DNA of 63,999 nt, filler included, from Perkinsus olseni (lineage: Eukaryota), in NCBI GenBank assembly GCA_013115125.1. It is 16 parts of 16 records of this genome, joined end to end, with 100 filler letters (N's around TTAATTAATTAA, not from the genome) between each part and the next. Parts side by side here need not be neighbours in the genome. Positions count along the whole stretch, not along the records: positions 36,883 to 40,837 come from JABANN010001331.1; positions 40,938 to 44,880 come from JABANN010001332.1; positions 44,981 to 48,914 come from JABANN010001333.1; positions 49,015 to 52,934 come from JABANN010001334.1; 12 more parts are not named here. The stretch is one strand, 5' to 3'. The translations under genes were made by a program, and so were the position numbers. Each line of letters begins with the position of its first letter. Positions within the stretch are counted from its first letter, which is position 1. The notes below the pieces were generated by a model that was not told the DNA's origin, made no database searches, and was given only the letters and a program-made list of their open reading frames with translations. This document shows, piece by piece, positions 39,254 to 53,034 of this stretch.

Positions 39254-40207
39254 CTCAATCTAACCTCAACTGCACAGCAGCCTCTTCTGCCCCCTACTAC
39301 GATGGGCATGGGAAGAGACCTCGTCGTCTCGAACCGATCTCAACGATGGGGGTCGCCTGGTAGGAGTGTCTCCTCCCCGGCTGATCGATTCGCGACTTGA
39401 GCTCTTTTCCCATTGTATGTTACGCAAGGTCGCGGACGAAGAGCCGGGATTTTCAATAGCTAATGATGTGTATGCGTGCAACTACAAAGGCATAGACATC
39501 TAAATGAGAACAGTCAACTAAATTTATATCATAGCGCAAATCTCACAACTTCAGATCGACTTGTTGCCCTGTGAAACTACTGTGTAGACGCAAGTCTGCA
39601 TGGTTGGCCCGAGAGCTACGACTTGGCATGAGAGCAATGGAGCCGGGTCTGATTAGTGGCAACAAGAAGGTCTGAGAGAAACCATGTAGTTCATGACGAG
39701 GAGTTCATCCACACTTCCAGGCTGGAAGTTCCAGCCGCTTTTGCCGAGGAGTCTGACCATAGCTCTGTGAGAGAAAATTTAACTCATCCGGTGAGACTCA
39801 CCTTCTCATCGGATGAGTGGAGCAACCGGCCTTTGAGAAAAAGCTGCGTCTGGTTGACAGCGACGAAGGTCTATGATACTGGGCGTTTTTGATGCTTAGC
39901 GGGGCATCTAAGACGGCCAACACTGCAATACCTCCCTTCTTTCTCGAAACTTGAGTATGCACAACTGGATTACTTTCTGATTGGGTTATGTACCGACAAC
40001 GAGCTCAAAGCGAAGACCGCAGCATTCTGCCTTAGAGAGTAGCCTTTCCTGTGCCTGTGTAGTATGTAAACGATATCCCCACCTTTGAGGAAGCATGACG
40101 ACTCGGGCATCGAAGTTGCCCGACCTGCGGCCGAAAAAAATCTTCGAGACGAATGCGATGTTCAATGACCTACTGCAGCCAGTTGCAAAACTGTTGACTC
40201 ACCGCGA

Positions 40208-40302
40208 TCCCCCCCACCACCCCCATCCAATGTTGAGTTTTCTGTCGTAGAACTCGTGGGTGCTGGGGAGATTCTCAACATTGGACAGGGGGTGAGGGGG
40301 GA
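40208..40302. repeat. 95-bp fold-back element with ~30-bp imperfect inverted arms
   Basis: TCCAATGTTGAG (40226-40237) / CTCAACATTGGA (40274-40285), extended by C-rich and G-rich arms. Confidence 0.7.
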
Positions 40303-41177
40303 GAGACGACAATGGTGGCAATGACGCACGGCCACTGACGTACTGACTTATGAAATTGACTGTAGTCGCCTTTCTCCTAGCTTCACAGAGAGGAGCCGCT
40401 TCAATGTTTCATGGAAAATAGACGTATTCATGACTTACAGCCACTTCAAGCAAGCACCTTATCTCAAGAATTGATGCCGCTTGCCTCCAGTTGACAGCAG
40501 CCCAGTCAGAGATCGGCTCTACAACGTAGACTCCTCCCAAGCCTTTCATTGAAAACATGTCAACACAATGGAAAGTTTAATGTGATCAATACATCGTAGA
40601 TGAGTAGCATCGATGTGATGGTCAATGATGAGCAGAGTATTCCTTAGGAAGTTATGACGCTCAACGGCTTTGAATCTCCCTGAGCTATTTTCAGGAGCTC
40701 CCGGACGAATGATGCCTTCTTCTCTCCCACGTGCCTGAGGTACAGCATTGGGCCGCATTCATCGTATTATGATGATAGAGATAATACTTCTCCAATGATG
40801 CCTGGATCTTGTGTCGAATTCTCTCCACCAATGAGGCNNNNNNNNNNNNNNNNNNNNNNNNNNNNNNNNNNNNNNNNNNNNTTAATTAATTAANNNNNNN
40901 NNNNNNNNNNNNNNNNNNNNNNNNNNNNNNNNNNNNNGATTTTACCACTCTTTGAGCCCTGTCTCGAATAGCCACGGTGTACTGAGTTATGGTGCACCTG
41001 AATCAGGGGCCCTGTTCCTTTCTGCGGCCGGAACTCTCCTGCCTCCTACTTTCCTCCGATAAGCTCAATGAAACCGCCCCATTGAAGCCCAGCCCGGCCA
41101 GACAGCTCATACGTTGGAAGCCGGAAGTGGTCACTTCGAGTAGTTGACAGAGATAATCAGATCTAACTTTTTTTCAT

Positions 41178-42649
41178 ATGCGCATCAATAGCCAAACCCG
41201 CTGTGTCGTCACCGGTGGGGCATCGGGCCTCGGCGAAGCGGCTGCCCGGGCTCTGGCTGGTCGCGGGGCTAGCGTAGCTATTCTTGACGTAAACAAAGAG
41301 AAGGGGGAGGCAGTGGCCGAGTCTATAGGTGAGGCAGATTCCGATTCTGCGAAAACTTTGTTTTCGTTCGCTTGAATGTTTAGGCGGTTTTTTCGTCTAC
41401 GTTAACCTGTTGGATGAAACAGCAGTCGATTCGGCTGTGGCAAAAGCCCTGGATCTTCTAGGTAGGGTAGCTCGGCTAACTCAGCCAACATCGTCGGTTC
41501 GAGCGGTTCACGTTTCTGAAGCATTGCTTCAGGAGGATTGCATATCATTGTGAACGCGGCCGGTGAGGGCCTTGTGAAGCCCGTCGTGGGTCGTAAAGGA
41601 TATCCACACTCTATGCAGGTCGGCCATCGAGTTCTTCCGTCCTTTACTATTGGCAAGTTGAGATTTCCTCTGCTGTAGGCCTTTTCTAGGAATGTCGCCA
41701 TAAATCTGCTGGGAACTTTCTCAGTATCTGCTAAGGGAGCTGCAGCCATGATAAAGCAGGTGAGGTCTACAGCGGCTGGAGTACAGCCGATACATCCGGT
41801 GCTGCCGCTTCTATTCCCAAGATATTTAGAACGCGTGAGCTCCATATCTTGCCGTAGCATTTCCGTTTCCAGCTGTTTTCCGACATGTCTTTATCGTATT
41901 CGTCGGGAATATGCTTCACCAATCTGCAGTAGCGAGCGGCTGAGAACAGCTGATTGTTCAAAATCAAATTCGTTCGGGAATTCACTTTGATCGTACTCTT
42001 AACTTGAGTGTTGCATCTGTCATTCTTTTAGGACCCCGTCACGGAAGATGGCGAACGCGGGGTCATCATCAATGTAGGTTCAGTGTCTGCCTTCCACGGG
42101 CAGGAGGGACACGCAGGATACTCTGCGAGCAAGGCTGGCGTGGTAGGCGACACGGAGACTAGGGGGAAGCATTCATCATAATTCTATCACAGGTTGGAAT
42201 GACCCTCCCGATGGCCCGCGATCTTGCACGTCATGGTATAAGAGTAAACTGCGTAGTCCCTGGTCTCATTAAGACTCCTATGAGCGACCTCATCCGTCCC
42301 GAAGTAAGATGTGAAGATTCCCGGCGTGCCTGAAGAGAGAAACTCTGAAGTTTCACAGTGTAAACTAGACGTACATTTGGGATCCAGGGAATAGAATAGT
42401 CATTCGAAGACTCTTAGGGGTTACCTGTTGCCCTCCAAACTTTTTAGATCCGAATTCGACCAGAAAATGGGCGCGGATCGTCACTGTTGCTTTCAGAGAC
42501 TGGAGCTCATACTAGACGCTCAGACCTTCCCCATTCGGCCTGGCAAACCAGAGGAGTGTGCAGCATTGATGTTGCATATCATCGAGAACCCCTTCATGAA
42601 CGCAGAGATAGTCCGTTTAGATGCTGGGTTCAGAATCCCCAAGCTTTAG
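41178..42649 (+). CDS. HSD17B10: 3-hydroxyacyl-CoA dehydrogenase type-2-like short-chain dehydrogenase, multi-exon, complete
   Basis: [95 protein letters not shown]. Confidence 0.93.
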
Positions 42650-43507
42650 TGGGCCACTATTGGTGACGAACCCAATGTTTTTACGCCCAAGTTCAGTGAA
42701 CCATTTTGGTTCAACCAAGTCCAGTCAGTATTAGACTCAGAACTCCTGAGTCAGGTGTTGAGTTGAGTCACGGGAGACTGGATCCAGTGCGGAATGAGCT
42801 CTGAAGAGCCTCAACTTGAGGCCCATCTGTTTCACACTGCGCGGCGCGTAGTGCACGCCTAACAATACGTGGACTGCTCACGGCGGCGCCGTGACGACGC
42901 ACATTTGCATCGCATGCTTCATGAATTATATTGAAAAGTGCTCACACAAGTTGTCTCTCAATTGAGAGAAGAGGCAATCGGGCCACGATTGGCCGCGATT
43001 ATCGTGGCCCACGATCCGTGGGCTACCTAAGTAATGGCGGCGTCGCTAAGCCGACAACGATATTATAATCCATTGGATTGAATCCAAGAAAATTTGACGT
43101 AGGCCAAAAATCTATCATCCATCACGCGATGTAAACCCAATATCTTGGCATGAATTGGATCGTGTTATGATTGAAGTTGGATTACAGTTGGTGCCAGCGC
43201 CATCTCCTCGTTTACACTACGGCACCTCTACCAGAAATCTCGCTGTGGAACCCACACTTAGTAGGCCTTACAGTCTTTACAGTCCTCAGAAGTCGTGCAG
43301 TGAGCTGTTCCGCCCCTCGAGAGCGAGCTGCTCGAGCCTCGCCTCACGGCAGCCAGGTAAGTTTGAGCACAGGAAATAATCAATTATCACAGGACATGAT
43401 ACACCCAGACTGGGTGACCCGGTCAACATGCCAAACAACAAATAATCTGTCCTATCTGGCGGACTGGGTTGAGGACTAAGCGGTCGCACAGCTGGCCGCC
43501 GCACTAA

Positions 43508-43570
43508 AGGGAGTTTCAAAACTTCGTGAACAACTTTGAACTCTTGAAATTTCTCAACGACCGACCGTAC
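43508..43570 (+). mobile_element. Terminal inverted repeat of the same PIF/Harbinger-like family as 24695-24757
   Basis: Identical 63 bp, preceded by TAA (43505-43507). Confidence 0.7.
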
Positions 43571-44306
43571 GAAACTGAAACTTTGCGAGAGTATAGCTAG
43601 CATGGTGACGAATGAACATCTCGGTGCCGCGGGGGGGTGTCCAACCAACCGCCTGCCCCCATCGCCTGAGGCGATTCGCCTGGCTCAGAGTAACATCCCG
43701 GAGGCTATGCCGAGGCGATCCGGTGTGGAGCTTGCCACGCCACCGGCACGGTCCGGCCTTAAGGGAGTCAGCGTCGAGTCAGAGGCCCGGAGACGAGTCG
43801 CCGCAGAGCTTCAGGGACCGGAGGAACCTAACCATCCACACACGCGAAACAGCCTTCCGCGGATCTCACCGATACTGACCCCTTTCCTGAGGTGCGACAG
43901 CGTTGCTCTGCTTCCGACTGCCGCCGTGCTTTGTAGGCCTTGGTCGCTGGGAGTGGTAGTGGTAGTGGATCACCGCTTTATAGAGCGATGGATGATCTAT
44001 ACCATACTACAGGGTGCCGACTTAAAAAAAGTAAACCTCTCATGATTTTCCCGTGCGAAAAAGTTGAGAGTTGCAACGCACACCAATCGAAAGCTCTCGT
44101 CAAGTTCTACACAACCCCGTTCTCAGCGTCATCTCACTCACTCGTATCCTCCAAATAGCGAACCAAACGCCAAAAAAATCACGAAAATTCGTTGGCAGAA
44201 TCACAGACGCCTTGCCGACACTGTGAAGTGCCGATGTGAGATCCCGACGTCGCCTCGCAGAAAACGGTCAAAATGCGGGTGAGTGACAAGTGGTACAGTG
44301 ACAACC

Positions 44307-44880
44307 GGTACACCCCCGGGCTCGTACAGGCCTTATTCGGTACTCCTTTCATTCATACAGGAGTATCTCGTACACTTTCAGGCCGTACAGTGATAAGCCG
44401 TGTAGTGACAGGTCGTACAGTTGCCAGTAATACAGTGTCGTTCAGTACAGTGTCCACAGATACAGTGACAAGTCGTACACTATCCAGCCGTACACTGACC
44501 ATTCATACAGTATTCAGCGGTACAAGCTTTATTCGTACAGTGTTATTCGGTACAGCTGCCTCCTTACGCAAAATTTGTGGAGAAGTAATTTAGATAGCTA
44601 AAACTCCTTCAGGGAGATTAGAACTTATGCCACTTACGTGAGAAACCATTGTCTTAACCAACTCGCCTGAAAACCCATCTCCAATTCAGAAGGCAAAAGT
44701 GTTCAATGCCCACGGGTAGATATTAATGCCCAGGGTATCCCCGGCGGGGATACCTCCAGCTCCTGACACCTATCGATGAGGAGGGCTAACACTCAAGGCC
44801 ACAGACATAGAGGACCCAGAGGTTGATGCACTGCACACCTGGTAACTCACAAAAATTAGTCGGTTTAATGAATTCTAATG
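44307..44880. mobile_element. Second, diverged copy of the CGTACAG-repeat element at 16509-17381
   Basis: Begins GGTACACCC; same repeat order and unique internal sequence (TAACCAACTCGCCTGAAAA) as the reverse complement of 16850-17381. Confidence 0.85.
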
Positions 44881-44980
44881 NNNNNNNNNNNNNNNNNNNN
44901 NNNNNNNNNNNNNNNNNNNNNNNNTTAATTAATTAANNNNNNNNNNNNNNNNNNNNNNNNNNNNNNNNNNNNNNNNNNNN

Positions 44981-47834
44981 GACCAAAGGGGAAATCGAGA
45001 CGCGAGAAGAGAATCATCCCTGAGTGTGATCGAGGTACCATCTGACTTACTGGAGAACCATCGGCATTCCTCTCCCACAGCGCACCACGACGGGAGCTTT
45101 GCACCACCCTCTCTGTGAGCCCTGCTATCAGCCAGCGCAGCCCTCAGAAGCGCCTGCGCGGATAGGCTGCTCTCTAACCTCGCAAGGGCACCGGTACCAT
45201 GTTGGTGTCCCCACGCCCCCCGCTACTGCCCATCGACCGTCCGATGCCAACTGTTGAGCATATGTGATCGAGCGTCGTAGCTAGATCTGCGACCTTCTCG
45301 GCAATCGAGGACCCACTGGCACCTTCTCAATGAGCCACATGCAATGGCAAGACGCTCAGGGGCGAGGCCACACCAGCGGCATTGTTCTCTGATGCTCCGT
45401 TCAGTGTGGTTTCGATGGCCTTCTTCTCTCTTTCGCAAGAATAGACCATCCTCAGTAGAGCAGCTCGGAGCGATGCGCTCATCTTGTACTCCTGTAGTCG
45501 ACGTCCGTCCGCCTGGTGCATCGGATCGTGGTCCAGTATAGTGTCGGGGACCTAGCCATTGCGCTGCTATTGTGATAGATCACATAGTAAGCCCTAGACA
45601 CCAACTTTCAGAGCAGTCTCAACTACGAACTGTACCCTAGGTGTTCATGTAGTGGGCAGGTATGCGCAATACGGCATGATGCGGGATGAGAAAGGGCATC
45701 TACCCAGCTCTCGCTTTGGACCCAGCTGCCGTCCTTCTCCTGGTAAGCCTCCTTCATTTTCACAAGTGTCCATCCCGACGAGTGCCTCTCCAGCACTTCT
45801 ACAATCTGCCCATCATCAACTTCGAATCCTTCTCCAGTGAAGGTCCCTAGCGTATGGACCTGCGATCTTGCAGAGCTTCGGACCCCTCCGCGAATGAGCG
45901 TCTACCAGCTCGGTTTCAACGAGGATCGAGTCGGGCAACCAGCATCTCCGTGGGGGCGAATCGGAGGTCGGGTCAGTTATCTTCACGAAGGTCCAGCCGC
46001 TGGCATGCCTCTCCTTCAGCTGGACGAGATCCCCAACAGCGACCTGAAGATGGCTCGCAGTCCCCCAACCAGGGCATCAGGTCGATGATGAATGCTCGAA
46101 CTGCTGAACCTTCTAATAGAAGGCTTAGGCTTCTATCACGGAGAAGCTGCATTGTATATGGGCTTCTCCAGCCATCGTCCCCCTCAAGGTTACTTACATC
46201 GACGTCCGCGTACGTGCCGTCTGGCTGCTCGGCTCCTTGTGCGTGGTAAGGATGATTGATGATGCATGTCCGCAAGAGAGGTGCCAAGACGTTATCAGGC
46301 AGCCACCCTACACGACAAGATGGATAGGCTCCTCGAACACACCGCCAGTGCAGAGATGCTAACCTCCAATCTCACCTTTGGTTTTTCGCGACTTTCGAAC
46401 CAATGTCCAACCACTGGCATGCTGCTCTAAGATGGCCAGTAGGTCACCTGCGAACGATNNNNNNNNNNNNNNNNNNNNNNNNNNNNNNNNNNNNNNNNNN
46501 NNNNNNNNNNNNNNNNNNNNNNNNNNNNNNNNNNNNNNNNNNNNNNNNNNNNNGCATTGCTCACCCTTCACCGCAGATAACTGTGACTTGTCCTCTGGCG
46601 CAGCATCAAACCGGTGTCGACAGTAGACGGCATTCAAGGGGGGCTTCGACGATTCCGAGGGTTGCCACTTGGGTGTGAACTCGTAACTAGGAGCAGAGCT
46701 GCCTTCCTTTCTAAGGTCAGGGTACGAGCAAGCAGTACTGTGCTCAATATTTGACCCTAGGTTTTCTTGCAGACCGGGGGTGCCAGACCCCGTTTCCTGC
46801 TCATAAACTTATCCGTGCTGCTCACTTCCGAACCCTCTTTGTCTGAGCTTCTCCTTGAGGCATTATCAACACGTGATGGTCCTCTACGGCTTCTACCCTC
46901 GCTGTTATGGTTTTGTTTGCTTCGAAGTCCCAAATATATCCTACAACATCGCATTGTACGATAACCCTCCATGCCGTGCACCTTCGCTACGGCCGATTAA
47001 GAAAACATTGCATAGCTTCTAGCTCAAACAGACAAGATTTAGAGGTCAAATTCTCTGAACCCCACGGCTCGAATTCAAGGGTGAACTACGAATGACGAAG
47101 GAGTGCTGAGACCTCGATAAAACGCCTTTCAAAGCTGGCAAACACTAACAGCAAACATTCTCACACCAGGGGTTTTATATCTTCCATAATACAGCAGAAT
47201 TCGAGAACATAAATTACATAATGCATCATCTGGAACCGAGCTGACCGAGTGCGTGAAATTCACACCCACCCTCCGTGCCGATCGTAAGTCCCCCCAGGCG
47301 AGGTCTCGTCGACAGTAATATTTCACCAGCACGGTACCTACAGAAGGCCGTACAGCTTTATAAAAGCTTTGTGCACTGCGAAGTCTCATTATCCGCGGGG
47401 ATAGTGCTCCATTGCTGTTAGCATGAAGCACACAAAAACTGAAAATGACGGTCACCTACGCGATTCTTCCGAGAGATTCTCCAATGGTCTCAAGCGCGTA
47501 AACGTCCTCGGCTGATATCTCAGGTGTTGCGCCTTCGGCTTCGAACAGGTCAGCATGCACCGGCGTCGGTGGTGTCGCTAAGAAGCCATCGCGGATACAC
47601 GACAATCGAACGCAATGCCTTGCACGGCAAGACGGCGCACGGAGCGCCGTGCCGTCCCATCACAATAAATCGGTTCAGTATCAGCAACTAACGTTCCCAA
47701 GGAGGCGGTGGGGTGATACTATTTCAGTGGGGTGATAGCGAGGACAGCTTACCTGCTGCTGTGGAGTCGCGCGGGTCAGTGACACAGTACTTCTGGACCG
47801 GATCTCCGCTCGGCTTGGAGAGAGAGCACCCCAT
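44981..47834 (-). CDS. Predicted N-myristoylated/palmitoylated protein with three tandem SH3-like domains, multi-exon, probably 3'-partial
   Basis: Start MGCSLSK (47834); HRFDAAPEDKSQLSAVKG|DLLAILEQHASGWTLV...GWLPDNVL; HPYHAQ...|VAVGDLVQLKERHASGWTFV...WLPDSIL; GQIVEVLERHSSGWTLV...W|VPDTIL. Linking the first exon to the SH3 exons is inferred. Confidence 0.75.
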
Positions 47835-49200
47835 TGCAATAGAGGTAGAACTGTGTCTATTCGCACAACGGCGGAGGTCGCACCTGTGAGCACTAGAAGT
47901 TCGCTGGCAGCTCTTTGCCACAACATTCCTAGCAGCCAACAGGGAAGAATTGCCCCGGAGTGGGAACCTGCGACTGATAATGCTAACAGTAGTGATAGAG
48001 ATGGTCGCAGGTACGGACTACCAGCGTAGGTGTATAGTGGTTAGTTGTGCAGAGTAGCCCCACTTGAAGTGATATAAGCTAGGCTTCTTGAGGCCGAGGC
48101 ACCACACCGTCACGGGCTCTAATACAACCGGAATTTGTAAGAGCATCACGAGGTTCCATCGGAATGCGTTATCGCGCATCCGGGTGAGATAGTCGTACTC
48201 CATGCCAGCCGCGTGTAATCATTATGTGTCGCGTGTATGTAATATGCAACCGAACACCCAAGTTGCGGTCAAGCGAATTTACCACCAGCGGAACTCGATC
48301 CCAGATTTCAAACGAAGACGTGCTGACCTGCAGTTGGCCGCTCTGCCACCCGTCGGTGGCGCCCGGGAAAATGGGGCTTTCCTAGCCCACGGGTTTCCTT
48401 GACAGCCCTCAGATTTGCAATCAGCCTCGCAGCGCAGTCCGCCCTTTTAGGACGAGAAAGCGAGAAAGACTTGCTGTGTAAAACGTGAGCGGTCCGCCTC
48501 ACGGAGCGCGATTCAGGGCATACATACTCCGAGAATGACAGCTTACAGTTCAAGCAGTCGACAGTTGAGCTTCCGCGCTCCCAGTTATGTCACTAACGCT
48601 TGATACTTCCGAGATCCGGGCTCGGTTTTGGCACACTACCACGGCATTGAGTGGAGAACATTATGGTAGCGCGTCGGAAGCGAGGATTTCCACTACGCGA
48701 CTTGCCGGCAGCAAGCTACTGCATTGGCCAGGCGACTGTCGACTTCTGCCTTCTCACAGTCAAAGAACGTCACACACGAGCGATGGCGGTGAGGGCGGGC
48801 TTCTCATTCAAACCCTCATGAACACAACAACATTTGCTTATCAACTCACATCATCACAGTAGGCTCATCAAACATCGTTCTGTCATGGCGGCCATGACAT
48901 GGCCTCGTCCACTANNNNNNNNNNNNNNNNNNNNNNNNNNNNNNNNNNNNNNNNNNNNTTAATTAATTAANNNNNNNNNNNNNNNNNNNNNNNNNNNNNN
49001 NNNNNNNNNNNNNNCTTCAAACACGCAATATGGCATGAATTAGACTGATTTTAGTGATTTGCATATCGAATTGGAACACCCTGTAGACGATCCCTCCATC
49101 CTTCGGCCAGCTTTGTGGTTTCGAAGTTTTGTGGTGGTAATCTGACAGTTTTTCCTGTTCATTAGCCTCGATGGTGTTTACTCGCACCCAAAGAGCAACC

Positions 49201-50991
49201 ATGTCTAAACAACGCCGCCCCAAGAGAAGATCGTCATTTTCCTCTGCCGACTCGACGATCGGGATAATGACTTTTAACACCTGGCTCATACCAGTGAGGC
49301 GGCCCCTTCTCTTCTCTGTCTCTCCGACACCACTGCAACAGGTCCGTGCCAACTTCCCATGCTGCCTCGACTGCGACCTGCCATCACGAGCTGACAGGGT
49401 GTCCGATCATGTCACAGAGTCTGTCTTTAAGGACAACATTGACGTAGGTCCATCCAATACCACACCAAACGGAAATCGTCTATTATTGTGCAGATTGTGA
49501 CACTACAAGAAGTCTGGTCGGGGTCGCAGTCCGTAGTTGCTAGTTGCATCAATTGTCTCTGCTGCTGCTGCCGTATGTTCCAACGAGCAAAGGTTATCGA
49601 AGCACTCAAGACAAGTAGACCTTCCGTCTAAGAAGAGTTCCCCCACCTTATCATGCAGGCACTCATCTACGCTACCACACGAGTGCTCACGGGACTCGGG
49701 TGTGCGAGTGCGCCTCGAGGTTCCTCGATAGCGGTCTGATGATCATGTCAAAATGGCCGATAGTGACTGAAGAGTCCGCCCGGTCATCGTCAAACCTTCG
49801 CCATTCTATCAATCTAGGTTCTCTCGGTTTGCCGAATCAACAAGCGAGGATTCTTTCGCATCCAAAGGCGCTCTCTGTGTGGTGCTAGATCGTGGCAAGG
49901 ACGTGAGAATTTATTCCGTTCTTTTTTCAATGAGACTTCATTCTGCTCAGCTGGTTATTGTGGTGACCACCCACATGGACGCTGGAGACGATGCCATGAT
50001 AAAACTGAAACAACTGGTAAGATCATACTTGATCTTGCTTCTCGGACTCCTCGATGCCAACGCCTTCAGCAACACGCGTTAAGGCTCTATGAGCGAGTTA
50101 AGAAGTCGACTGTTGAGGATGAGAAGCTTGGGAGAGGGAGGGATATCGTTGCCGCCTTTTTCACCGGTGACTTCAACATCGACGGCACCGAGAGGGAGCA
50201 CAACTCCATAGTGAGCCAATTTGCCTCCTGAATTGATGAGTTCTGCCGGACTCAGGGGCCTGATGGAGAGTCGCTCTATGCGCTTGCTCGCAAGGAGATG
50301 CAGGAAGCCGGCTTCAGCGACGCCTGGGCCGAGTTCGCTCACCAAGCCGGCTATAGGAGGCCTCAGTCCTTCAGGGGTGATTGGAGCGACCTGCGCAACT
50401 CAATCGTCGCTTGCTACGGTGCCACAAACGATGAGGTGGGCCTACCACAATCGTTTCCGTCGGGGCGTCGTGATTTAAAAATTCCCCCCGTAATCGATAA
50501 ATTTAATCGTCATTATTGAGTGTCATTGTTGTTGTCTTTTCAGAGCATACCATCTTTTCCTACTCGGCTAGACTACATCTGGGCTACTCACATTACCGGT
50601 GCTGTTCAAGTGGAGCTTCCCCCGCCTCAACAGCGGATGGCAAACTCCGATAACAACGAGCTAGAAGTGAGTGCCTCAAAGTCCCGGGCATTCAGCGTGC
50701 TTCTTAGTTGATTGATGTCAAAGTCGCGGATGCTACGTTATGGCGAGGGAACTTGGACCTTCGGAATGACATAGAGAAAATTCAGTGCCCGGATGCCTAC
50801 GACTCGTCGGAGAAGATGGATCTACTCAAGGAATATCGTCAGCAGTTCGTGTAAGTACCAGCCAGGCTGGTCCAGCCTCGACTCGAGGCCCTCGAGTGGC
50901 TGCCGAATCGGGTGTTGCCAGGAATCGAACCTCGGACCATGCCTCGCTCACGGCCAAGGTGAGACTGAAGAGAGTTGAGATCGAGCGGTGA
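49201..50991 (+). CDS. EEP-superfamily phosphodiesterase, neutral sphingomyelinase-like, multi-exon
   Basis: IMTFNTW, VTLQEVW, DSGLMIMSKWPI, EDSFASKG, TTHMDAG, TGDFNI, RLDYIW, SDH in canonical order. Confidence 0.88.
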
Positions 50992-53034
50992 ATAGCTAGG
51001 TTGTTTCATCGCGCTTACGCATGTCACCTGTTGCTGACTTTGTTGTACTTCCAGGTTTCGCTTGTCTTGTTTGCAAAATGCTCGAGCGGAGGGTGTGTTT
51101 TAGGCATACAGACGACGTAGTGAGATAATGAGAACCCTATCATTACGCTTAGAATGTGAACACGTCCTCTATACTAGGAACGCCTCAGCGGGCCACCAGT
51201 GGCTCTGTTACTCGTTGCGCGCCGATCATCTTGTGCATGCGTGCATAGCTAATACTCCCGCCCCCGGAATACTGTATATCCAAGTAGAAGACTTCATACT
51301 CTTTCTCTCGCCTTGTGTTGACTATGAGCAACACCGGAGAAGCAACAGGCCCTCAACTGGATCTAGCTCTTGAGTTATCTCGAGGCAGCGCGAGAACAAA
51401 AACTTGGATCCACTCTCTGTTCTCAACTCGGTTGAGGGAAGTGCGAGGGAGTTGATCATTGAAGAATGAAGGAGCTCGGGCACTTTCGGCCGAAGATCTC
51501 CTTGGCGGGAAGTTCTCAGCGTCGTCTGCAGGTGGACAATGACTCTCTCGACACGAGTCTCGTTCTTTGACATCTCGAAGACCCGTCACGCTATGGATTA
51601 CGCAACTGTACAATAGAAGGTTACCAAATACACTCAGGATCTGTTCGAAGCCGAGCGTGTACCAGATACCACTCACCCAGGACCAGATCTAGTTATGGTT
51701 CAGAAATGGCATGCAGCATACATGCTGCATGCAGCATTTTGAATGCATTTCCGAGTTGCACACGACTTGCACAGTGCAATTCCTGTGCAAGTCGAAAATG
51801 CCTCGCTCACGTGAGTCACGTGACGTGACGTAATGATACTCATGGTATGGGGTCTATTAGAAACAAGCTGTTTACTGTAGTCCACAGTGAATAGATGGTC
51901 TTTAATATAGTCTATATAGAACCTATTTAATAGATTCTATGTTTAATATAGAACCTATTTATAGCATGAGCACCATCATGGTAGTAGCACGTGCCAGGCA
52001 CATTGTGCCTCAACATCCAACCTGCGGACAATATGGCACCGTCGTTAGTGGCTCAGTCTGACTCTCGTAGGATTACCAGATCAATTCCGGCATATGAGTA
52101 TTCTCGTTCCTCAATCAGCAGTTGATGATATCCGTTTCGGGCGCACGCTTCCTATCTAGGATCGAGGTCCCCCTAAGTTGGGCGCCCTAAGGGGCCTCCT
52201 TAAGGTGAGGAACCTAACCTCCAACGCCTTTTTTTAGTGAAATACCCTGAACTTCCCTTAAGTCTCCTGAGGTTAGATCCCTCACTTTAAGGGACCTACA
52301 TCCTTAGGGCCCCTATGAAATAGGCCCTCTGTTTCCTCATTAGGGTTCGTGCAGTTTGCAGAGTTGCTGGCAGCGTGTGCATTAGATACATCGCCGAAAG
52401 GCGGTCCACTGGACACGCTGGAAAAACCAACCGATAGAATGTGGGTAAGGACGGTCTTCATCACTCACAAGTCAATGGGTATCGAGTTGGTCCGCTCATA
52501 CCGGAAAGCTTGCCTAGCAGCGCAGCGACGCTCTTCATGAGGGCGATACGTTCAGTGTGGAGGGCAGCAGCTTTATCGGTCGTAGCTTTCTCGCTAACGG
52601 CTTGAGGCTCCTCATATGACGACTCGGCCTCCAATCATATCGCCACTCGGCCTAATTTCCTCTCCGCCGGAGGGGCACTCCGCAGCCTGTATTAATAACA
52701 GGTCACCATAAAGCTATAATCAACCTATAGGGTAGATTTGAATGATCACCCAACCTCGCCTTATTACCTGTATACTGGCCATGACCCCCGGCAACCGGCC
52801 CTGGCTCTTTGACAACGGAGGGAGGAGGGCAAAAACCTAAACGAGCGAGACTGGCCCCAGCGCCCGACTGCTGATGCACTACATCATGCTTGAGTGCATC
52901 ACTCATGAGAAGCAGATTGTTGGGGGAGTTCTTGNNNNNNNNNNNNNNNNNNNNNNNNNNNNNNNNNNNNNNNNNNNNTTAATTAATTAANNNNNNNNNN
53001 NNNNNNNNNNNNNNNNNNNNNNNNNNNNNNNNNN

